A stretch of DNA of 38,606 nt from Eledone cirrhosa (lineage: Eukaryota): positions 1 to 38,606 of the forward strand of contig CAXHJY010001217.1 in assembly GCA_964016885.1 (NCBI GenBank), read 5' to 3'. Made by a program: the position numbers and the translations under genes. Below, piece by piece: positions 27,988 to 38,606 of this stretch. Under the pieces are notes generated by a model, which had not been told where the DNA came from, did not search any database, and worked only from the letters and a program-made list of their open reading frames with translations. Numbering within the stretch: position 1 is the stretch's first letter; each line of letters opens with the position of its first letter.

Positions 27988-28227
27988 GTTTCTTTATTTG
28001 CCACAAGGGCGCACAAGAAAAGGGGACAATACAATGACACATGCCGGGGATTTTACATACAATCATGTAAAAAATATTTTTAAACAAACAGATTCAACAA
28101 TCGAAATCCCCAATAGGAGGGAGGCGTTATAAATGGGTTGTTTTATACCCCGTATATAGAACAACCCTCAACTCCAGGAGCATGTTGTGCAAGTGCTCCT
28201 TTCCCCCTTTTGCTCGCATCTTCAACC
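27988..28227 (-). mobile_element. LINE-like 3' UTR fragment with AATAAA, interrupting a (GATA)n tract
   Basis: Minus end GCCCTTGTGGCAAATAAAGAAAC; (GATA)n on both flanks; similar tail stubs near 17805 and 19469. Confidence 0.6.
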
Positions 28228-28309
<82 letters not shown>

Positions 28310-28584
28310 TTTTCCCGGTTAAATATGCTAGAATCTATGCTTTGAAACGCATAATAAAGTATATATTGAATGAATAATACAAAATAGATATAAATATTTA
28401 TACACATCAAAGTTTATAATATATAATCTAAGATGAATATAAAGTAGGTATGAGTAATTTTTTGAAACCTCGCCGGGTAAAATTTAATAAATACTAAAAT
28501 AATTCCGTTGTTATCTTCGAACACAAACGAACGTAAGTGATTGCTTGTACATGTTTCGTGTCTAATTAGTAGATATTAGAGGAA

Positions 28585-28710
28585 TACTAAGTCTAAAGTC
28601 TCGAACCCGTAGGCTCAATAGGACGGTATTTATCTCAGTTTCCCTGGCGTGAAGTATTGAATATTTATATTTGTTCTCTATTGCCGTAGTGGTCCATATT
28701 TGCCAGTTTT
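28585..28710 (-). mobile_element. Possible 3' tail of another old SINE
   Basis: Minus strand GGAAACTGAGATAAATACCGTCCTATTGAGCC resembles an invertebrate SINE tail as I recall it; single copy in this window. Confidence 0.3.
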
Positions 28711-28761
28711 CGTTATAGTCGCAACATTCATCACGGCTCGGTTCATTTCTGACAAGACTTA

Positions 28762-28925
28762 TTTGCTGGTGTCCTTGGCCCTAGGGCTACCTCCCTAGTC
28801 ACCACCATAGGCGCTGAGCTAGCCAGCCTCAGGTGTGAGCCTCACGAGTTGGAATGGCTCTTCCAGCGCATCTCCCTTACCATCCTCCGGGGAAACGCCT
28901 TCTCCATCCTGTGCGCCGGGGCTGG
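28762..28925 (+). mobile_element. C-terminal fragment of a CRE-clade (restriction-like endonuclease) non-LTR retrotransposon ORF
   Basis: The frame from 28762 reads FAGVLGPRATSLVTTIGAELASLRCEPHELEWLFQRISLTILRGNAFSIL, matching the G..GP.A...I...L....GEPRE..WL.QR.S.A..RGNA..I motif; GC-rich island. Confidence 0.8.
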
Positions 28926-29150
28926 GGGGGGGGGAGGCCAGCACGTGGGACCCCATCTGCTCACCATACGGATTAATAGGCAAAGTCCATATTATTATAA
29001 AGCGAATCGTTATTTATGAATCTAAATCTTAAGGCAAAACAAACAAGGTTTTGTCTTTGACTCTCTGTTTTGATCTGTGATTTGAGACTAGTTTTGAACA
29101 CAGAGAAGACGAAAGTCAAGGACATGAACCAAATGTCAGGTCACACTACC

Positions 29151-29535
29151 TGGTAGATTGTCAGAATCAGTGGAGCGTCGGACAACTTTCTTTGTGGCAT
29201 AGGGTTACGCCCCTTTATGACCTGAGTACAAATTCTGCTGAGGTTAGTTTTGTCTTTCATCCTTATGAAGTCGATAAGATAAAATACCAGTAATGCACTG
29301 AGGTCGATTTAATCGACTTTCTCTTCCACCCAAATTGTTTGCCTTGTGCCTAAATCAGAAACCAATATGTAGTTATACCGAGGCTGTGGATTGGTAGAAT
29401 CAGTAGAGCGTCAGACAACATGCTTTGTGGCATATAGTTACGTCCCTTTATGCTGTGAATTGACATCCCGTCGAAGTTAGCTTTACCTTTCATGCTTACA
29501 GGTGAATAATATAACGTACCAGTAACGCACTGGGG
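29151..29535 (+). mobile_element. Two older SINE B copies in tandem (29151-29366, 29381-29535)
   Basis: Diverged A/B boxes and central block; the first copy has the GTCGATTTAATCGAC hairpin. Confidence 0.82.
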
Positions 29536-29739
29536 CATGTTATATTGCTGTTGTATATTAGTTGTTGTATTATCTAACATGTGTGTTGTTGTTGTATTAC
29601 CTGTTATGTTATTTGTTGTTGTTGCTGTTGTTGTAGTAGTTCTGTCACAGTTATCTCTTTTCACTTTGTCACGTAAATCGTGTCTCTGCTGCTTCTTGGT
29701 GACAACATTGAGATTATTAATCAATAACAAGTCGTAATA

Positions 29740-30945
<1,206 letters not shown>

Positions 30946-32068
30946 GAACCGTCTGAACTTCTACGTATTTGACACAGTGTCCATGTTGTACAGGCTGTGT
31001 CTTAACATTCACTCTTCAACAGTTGGCAGTATAAATATTCTACACATATTAACCCATGACATACGAGAAGCAGCAAATGCTGTTTATAGATACTCATTTA
31101 ATCCTTTCATATATTATATCATCTAAATTATAGCCTCAAACCTGACACCAAATTAAAATGTTTATCTTAACTATCTTGACATCATACTTTCAAACAAAAC
31201 ATCCTCACTATTTCATTCTGTTTTGGGGGTTCTTTTGGTTTGTTTGTTCTTTTCCTTTTTAAATTACTATATTTTTTTTATGTTAGCCTATAATTTTTAT
31301 GTTAGTTTTATTTAGTCCCGCTAATTATTATTTTTTTTTTTTTCCATTTCCTTCATCTGAAAATAGCAGGATAAGAATGTATTCATCTCACGTACCGAAT
31401 CAATAAATAGGTAGGATTGTGATACGAGATATCTAGGACATTCTATATTGAGAAAGAGAAAGAAAGGACTAGAATTGTGAAAGTCCCGGGGTCATAGGTT
31501 CGTCCCATTGACCAGTTTATCACCTACACTGAAGTAATAATCACGTACAATACTAATAAACAAATAGCATATATGTGATATTTACAGCAGTGAGTTTACT
31601 CAAATTGGTCTGGATTCAGACACCTGATACGGGGGTCAGTTGTGCTACAAGTGTGTTCCTGCCGAACCAAAAAGTAGTTCCGGACCAAATAGTGGTAATC
31701 TACTAGGGGGGAGATAGATCAATTGATGACACTGTTGACTCTTGGAAAAACTCCCACAGTCCAGCGATGTAGTTACTAAGATGCAAGTAAAGCCATCTCT
31801 AAAATAGACTAATCTTTACGGGTTTAAAAAATATGACCAAATTGGAGACTGGCGTGAATAAGACCACCAAATCTGCAGGACTGTCAGATTCAACGAAAGC
31901 AGTCAAACAACATCGTCCTTCATGCAGAGTTACAAGCAACGCCAACGCGCCCTAAATAGAAGGGCCTATTCGAATATATATATATTGAAATCTCATCTAA
32001 TACTGAAATAATTACTGAAATAATTGACGAAGGGCTTGCAACCTATCCAGGGAGTTGTGTGTATGTAT

Positions 32069-32150
32069 GTGTGACAGCTTACACCTATATGTGTGTGTGT
32101 GTGACAGCTCACACCTATGTCTGTGTGTGTGTGTGACAGCTCACACCTAT
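32069..32150. repeat. Three copies of GTGTGACAGCT(C/T)ACACCTAT separated by (GT)n
   Basis: Direct read; each copy folds GTGTGA/TCACAC, with one mismatch in the first. Confidence 0.85.
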
Positions 32151-32378
32151 GCAGGTTTAGCTGGCCTCCTCCAAGGTATATCTTGTTGGAGGTGTCTTGG
32201 GTGATTTAATGATAGGGACCCCATTACTATCATCTCATTTCTACAGCTGAGTAAACTGGAGCAACGTGAAATAAAGTGTTTTGCTCAAGGAAACAACTCA
32301 TCACCCGGTCCGAGAATTGTACTCACGACCTTTCGATTGCAAGCCCAATGCTCTAACCACTAAGCCATGCGCCTTCAC
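32151..32378 (-). mobile_element. SINE with the family A head and core but a different 3' body
   Basis: Minus strand GTGAAGGCGCATGGCTTAGTGG (A-box)...TTCCTTGAGCAAAACACTTTATTTCACGTTGCTCCAG; the sequence beyond CAGCTG differs from 943-1140. Confidence 0.78.
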
Positions 32379-32614
32379 GGGCGTTGTGGGATGAGTGCAC
32401 TGAGGTCACGTATCCTGGGACGTCCTAAAGGATCCAAAACAGAGCAAATGTTCACAATTGGCAAATGAAACATTACAAGGCTTACAAGTAAGGGGCAGGG
32501 ACTGACAAAGAGGCCAACGAAGTCACAATGAGAAACAAATCCCCTTTTTGCTGGTTGTACGGAAATATTCTGTAGCTGCTATGTCACGGTGTAAGCTCTG
32601 CAAGAAATGTGTGA

Positions 32615-33015
<401 letters not shown>

Positions 33016-33240
33016 TATCCGTTTGTTACGAAGACAATTGCTTGAACCTGGAACGGTTGTTTTCCATTTTTACAATGTTTTAATATCATTTCTGTTTTCA
33101 CCACAAAAGATTTCAATACTCACGGAATACCAATAATGAAACAATAACAAACATACACACATACAATAAACAAACATAGAAACTAATAAAAAATATACAA
33201 TAATCATACAAATCGATGAATTGCGGGATCGATCGACGAA

Positions 33241-33480
33241 ACTCCGTCGGTTTCGACGATGAGTGTTTCAAGTTGTTCGATCAATGGAACAAGCTGCACA
33301 TGAAATTAATGTGAAAGTGGCCGAGATTTCGTCAAATTAAACACGGGTATTCTTAACGAGATTCTCAGGGAGATTCAGCTAGCCCACCCTTTCAATTACG
33401 GGGGCAATAGCCTATGGTAAATGACACTTGTTAAAGTGGTAAGCAGAGGAATCGAACACGAGAATTAACGATTGAAATGC
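33241..33480 (-). mobile_element. Degraded SINE family A copy
   Basis: TCAATGGAA, TGAAATTAA and TTCTCAGGGAGATTCAGC align with 990-1082; GGAATCGAAC B-box remnant near 33447. Confidence 0.7.
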
Positions 33481-33558
33481 GAAAGTTTTTAACCATTCCA
33501 TCATACCTCGACTGCATAGGAATATACCAATACACCATAATACGAAATTATATGAATC

Positions 33559-33613
<55 letters not shown>

Positions 33614-33623
33614 CATGTATGGG

Positions 33624-33701
<78 letters not shown>

Positions 33702-33723
33702 GTGTATATATGTATATATATAC

Positions 33724-33808
<85 letters not shown>

Positions 33809-33821
33809 ATATATATATATA

Positions 33822-33866
<45 letters not shown>

Positions 33867-33879
33867 TATTTATATATAT

Positions 33880-33959
<80 letters not shown>

Positions 33960-34238
33960 GTGTGTGTGCGCGCGCGCGCGTGTATGTGTGTGTATGTGCG
34001 TGTATGTGTATGTATGTGTTTGTGTGTGCATGTGTCTGTATGTGTATATGTGTGTGTGTGTAAACAGCAATAACGAAATAAAACTTTATTTGCTATATTA
34101 TATTAAGAACGGAAAACAAAATGGAGGAAGGAAGCTACAGAAAATATAAAGAAAAGAAGGAAGAGCTTTAGAAGGAATATTTTGTGTTTCTTGGATTAAT
34201 TTAAATGCATTTCACCAGGTCCCCTTTCCCTCCCACTT

Positions 34239-34297
<59 letters not shown>

Positions 34298-34323
34298 ATA
34301 ATATATATATATATATGTGTGTG

Positions 34324-34386
<63 letters not shown>

Positions 34387-34845
34387 GTATAAATTATGCA
34401 CATGCATGCATGCACACGTACACGCACACACGCAGGTATGCTCACACACTGCACAAACACTAACACGCGCATACACACACATATATTATATATATGCATG
34501 TATACATGTATATAATTGCATTATACATTTATATTAAATAGTTGGAGAAAATGTTCCAGAATACATTCCACTGCAATTCCGAGTTTTTGCCTAACATTAT
34601 TTTTTTTATTAATTTCCATTTATTAATTCCTAGTTTTCTCCCCCCACTCTTTTCTCTCCTTCTCTCTCTCTCTCTCTCTCTTTCTCTCATACACACACAC
34701 TCTCTCTCTCTCTCTCTCGCGCGCTCTCTCTTTTCTCTCTCTCTGTCTCTTTGTCTCTCTGTCTCTGTCTCTCAGTCTCACCCCCCTCTCTCCCTCTCTC
34801 TTCTCTATCTGTCTCTCTGTCTTTCCGTCTCTCCTTCTCTCTGTC

Positions 34846-34863
34846 TGTATCCCCCTCTCTCTT

Positions 34864-34895
<32 letters not shown>

Positions 34896-34920
34896 CATGT
34901 ATATGCATATATATATATGT

Positions 34921-34974
<54 letters not shown>

Positions 34975-35035
34975 ACATATATATGCATATACATGTATAT
35001 ATATAGAGAGAGAGAGAGAGAAAGAGAGAGGGGGG

Positions 35036-35040
<5 letters not shown>
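34846..35040. repeat. ~195-bp imperfect palindrome centred on (TA)n
   Basis: TGTATCCCCCTCTCTCTTTCTCTC...TACATGTATATGCATAT...GTTGTGTG is mirrored as CACACAAC...ATATGCATATACATGTA...GAGAGAAAGAGAGAGGGGGGATACA. Confidence 0.88.
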
Positions 35041-35128
<88 letters not shown>

Positions 35129-35568
35129 ACTCCTTCAGTTTGTGTTTGCTTCTTTGCAATTTGGAGATTTTGTTGTTTGACAAAGGCTTGTTTTATAAAT
35201 ATTTCTATTTTGTTGGACGGCATTATTAAAAGAGTCCACCTTATAACAGAGATTTGAGAAGGTTACGTTTAGCAATAACATGTATCTTTCTAGAAATAAT
35301 GGAAGTAATGGTCAAATCTCAAGACATGCTTGATAATATGAAATCATTCGTTAAGAAATGCAAATTCTTCGGTTTGAATTGGTAATATAACGACACTTCG
35401 ATCTTGCCTCAGATTACTGTGATGATTTAAATCACTTATTCCCCTTTAAAAGATCTCACATGGGAAATAATTTATTCAAACTCATCTCTTTTCTGGATTT
35501 TATATTTACATTTCTTTCAGTATCTGTTTCTCAATTATACGTATAACAATATAGCCGTATGTCTGTTT

Positions 35569-35741
35569 ATGTATGTATGTATGTATGTATGTATGTATGT
35601 ATGTATGTATGTATGTATGTATGTATGTATGTATGTATGTATGTATGTATGTATGTATGTATGTATGTATGTATGCATTTACGTATGTGTATATGTATAT
35701 ACGTATCTGTCTATCTTTCCGTCTTCTTGCTCATCTATGTA

Positions 35742-35797
<56 letters not shown>

Positions 35798-35810
35798 CAT
35801 CTATCTATAT
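35569..35810. repeat. (ATGT)n, (CT)n and (TCTA)n
   Basis: Direct read. Confidence 0.95.
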
Positions 35811-36022
35811 AAATATAATTTCACCGAGATCGGATTTCGGCTGTGGTCGAAAACAATGCGAAACGCAATATCCGAGTTATGCTGGCAAGCGCTCCATGGA
35901 ACAAATAAAGACCAGAGCAATAAACATAGGTTATAAAGGTCAAACAAACTGAGATGGCGGTCAAGAAGCCATCAACTACCTAACCCAAAAAGACGAGGCA
36001 AGCCAAACAGGTCAAACAAAAC

Positions 36023-36059
<37 letters not shown>

Positions 36060-36094
36060 GTGTTACAACGATCAAATTTTAGTTTAGAACATTT

Positions 36095-37089
36095 ATTTGC
36101 TGACAATTGTTTCTTCCAGAGGGAGGTGTGGAATCATCGGAGCATATGGAATGTCGAAACATGTTACTAAAATCCTAGTCATTTAGAACATTTAGGGCAC
36201 ATAATTGTTGTTAGTGTCAAAGGTAACATGTGGAGAGTCAGGAATTAAAAAGATCTTCTGCTTGAAAGAAGAAAGAACACAATTACAGGCAGCACTGGTT
36301 GAAAGTGTAAGATGTATAAGTGAGAAGCACAAACAAAAGAATATACAGGCAAAAAAAATGGCCCCAAAAAATAGGCAAAAAAAATAGGCAAAAAAATATA
36401 CAGGCAAAATGTTATAAGCAAGAAAAATTGGTGCACAATGCAGGAGTCAATACAGTCAATAAGGCATGTATGAGGAAAGAGTTATAATTGTTTCTACTTT
36501 AGGCACAAGGCCAGCAATTACACAGTACATTACTGGTACTTTATTTTATCGACCCCGTAAGGATGAAAGGCAAAGTTAACCTCGGCGGGATTTGAACTCA
36601 GACCGTAAAGGGATGTAACTATGCTGGAAAGCAGAAAGAGTTATAATGCAGTTGAAATAGACATATTTTGTGTGGGGTGTTAAAGCATGTTTTAATTGTT
36701 ATAAATGTTTAAGGTAGTGTGCAAGTTGTTAGAGAGGCGTGTGGTGATAATGTAGGTATTTGTTTTGTAAGGTGTAATGTAAAGCACGTGATAGAGTTGG
36801 ATATGTGATTTTCATTTAAGTGTTTTTGTTTTGTAGTTCGTATGTATGTGTATATGTTGTTTGTTACTCATGGGATTATTTTGAGTCGTTTATAGTCAAT
36901 GGTGTTTGTTTGTTTAATGTAAATTCCACCGAATTACTGGCCATCTTGTTATTGTAGGTATATTATCTTATGCATTTTTTATCTACAAATTATCTTTTCT
37001 AGGGTTTGTACTAACCGTTAGTAAGCTGTTGGTAAACCGTAAGGTTGCTTAATTTTATGAGTTTACACGAGAAGTTGTAAAGGGGTTAA
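36095..37089 (+). mobile_element. Probable decayed piggyBac transposon (3' part), ending GGGG-TTAA
   Basis: Frame-broken remnants in piggyBac order: GGVESSEHM (compare KGGVD..DQM), KVTCGE/KDLLLE (compare KEVTGE..R.DFLL), terminal IFCVGC-stop; AAAGGGG followed by TTAA at 37086-37089. Confidence 0.45.
36475..36647 (-). mobile_element. 5'-truncated SINE B (36489-36633) with a perfect 14-bp target-site duplication
   Basis: GAAAGAGTTATAAT at 36475-36488 and 36634-36647. Confidence 0.93.
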
Positions 37090-37122
37090 TAACAAAGGGA
37101 GGTAATTAAGGTTGTTGATAAA

Positions 37123-37258
<136 letters not shown>

Positions 37259-37697
37259 TAGTTATATATATATATATATATATATACATAAAAATATATA
37301 TATTATCATTCGTACATATGAAAATTAATATCGCATTCGATGTTTACGAATGTCTGAACGAGATATGGTGAAATATCTCACGGAAAAGTGGGACATTGGC
37401 TCACACTTTTCCTGGGGATTATATGTTTACCCGGTTATATGTCTAGGTGGGGAAACCCTTGATATTTAGGTCATAGAATTGTATTGGGTGTGTGGAAAAG
37501 TAGAAATGGAGATACGTGGGAAAACGAAATAAAGTTTTCGATAAGAATTGGTGTATGTTCTTTTATTCTAGAATACGACGGTATTTATAAAGGGCGTCAT
37601 TTTGGGAAAAAAGAAGGTGAGAATATAGTAATAATTTGAGGGGATCTATGAACATGTAAGTTAAGGTCTGTGGTGGGTCTTATTCGTCAAGCTGTGT

Positions 37698-38083
37698 AGA
37701 CAGTGTCAAGGAGCTGATGTTTCCATTAAGAGAGCAAGTAATTTTTGTAATACGAACAGCTCTTGAAAACCTTTCTCACTCTTTCTCTCTTTCTCTTGTT
37801 TTCTTTCTCTCCCCCTCCATCTCCTCCTCTGCCTCTATCTCTATCTCTCTCTATATATATATCATATATACATATGTGTGTGTCTGTGTCTGTGTCTGTG
37901 TGTATACATAATATGTGCGTGTATATGTGTGTATGTATGTGTGTGTGCCAGACAGTGTCAAGGAGTTGATGTTTCCATGAAGAGAGCAAGTAATTTTTGA
38001 AATGCGAACAGGTCTTGAAAACGTCTCTCGCTCGTTCACTTTCTTTTTCTCCCCCTTTCTCACTCTCTCTTTCTCTTTCCCTT

Positions 38084-38114
<31 letters not shown>

Positions 38115-38200
38115 ATCTCTATCTATCTATTTATCTCTCTTCATTTTACTCTATCTATCTATCTCTCTCTCTCATATATGTATGCATATAACTATATAAT
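37698..38200. repeat. Diverged tandem duplication with 252-bp period (~80-bp unique block plus CT/AT/GT tail)
   Basis: AGACAGTGTCAAGGAG(C/T)TGATGTTTCCAT...TCTTGAAAAC at 37698 and 37950. Confidence 0.88.
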
Positions 38201-38204
38201 ATAT

Positions 38205-38606
38205 GCGTGTATGTGTGTATATCTCTATCTGTGTATGTGTGAATATCCCTATGTGTGTATGTGTGTATGTCTCTATGTGAGTATGTCTCTATGTGTGTAT
38301 ATCTCTATGTGTGTATGTCTCTATGTGTGTATGTCTCTATGTGTATGTTTCTATGTGTGAATGTCCCTATGTATGTATGTGTGTATGTCTCAATGTGTGT
38401 ATGTGTGTATGTCTCTATGTGAGTATGTCTCCATGTGTGTATGTCTCTATGTCAGTATATCTCTATGTGTATGTCTCTATGTGTGTATGTCTCTATGTGA
38501 GTATGTCTCTATGTGAGTATGTCTCTATGTGAGTATGTCTCTATGTGAGTATGTCTCTATGTGAGTATGTCTCTATGTGTGTATGTCTCTATGTGAGTAT
38601 GTCTCT
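38205..38606. repeat. 16-bp minisatellite GTGAGTATGTCTCTAT, continuing past the window end
   Basis: Units become more homogeneous toward 38490-38606. Confidence 0.92.

Noticed and set aside
28835-29032. Listed 65-aa Ser/Pro/Gly-rich ORF
   Set aside because: Wrong frame; the informative frame is the overlapping CRE-like one from 28762.

Overview
AT-rich, repeat-saturated animal genomic DNA with no convincing intact protein-coding gene. The SINE families, as I recall them, point to an octopod cephalopod; this is inference, not a database result. Nearly every ORF in the track ([12 protein letters not shown], poly-V/T/S/Q) is translated microsatellite. Real content: (1) about 15 copies or fragments of one tRNA-derived SINE, including tandem and tail-to-tail arrangements and two clear target-site duplications, plus a second SINE family. 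(2) Retroelement and transposon relics: 3' fragments of RTE-type LINEs (two near-identical copies embedded in (TA)n), a CRE-clade C-terminal fragment missed by the ORF track, a LINE-like 3' UTR inside (GATA)n, and a probable decayed piggyBac. (3) Minisatellites of 12, 16, 18 and 166 bp, some with higher-order structure. (4) A Penelope-type minimal hammerhead ribozyme at 3749-3784 (-). (5) A 551-bp unit with a perfect 87-bp terminal redundancy and a degenerate hammerhead-like core, a retrozyme/Penelope-like candidate. (6) An array of a hairpin-rich 100-bp module separated by (ATGT)n spacers of 14, 15, 16, 17 and 14 units. (7) Several long fold-back inverted repeats. Family names and functions need Dfam/Repbase/Rfam searches and experiments to confirm.
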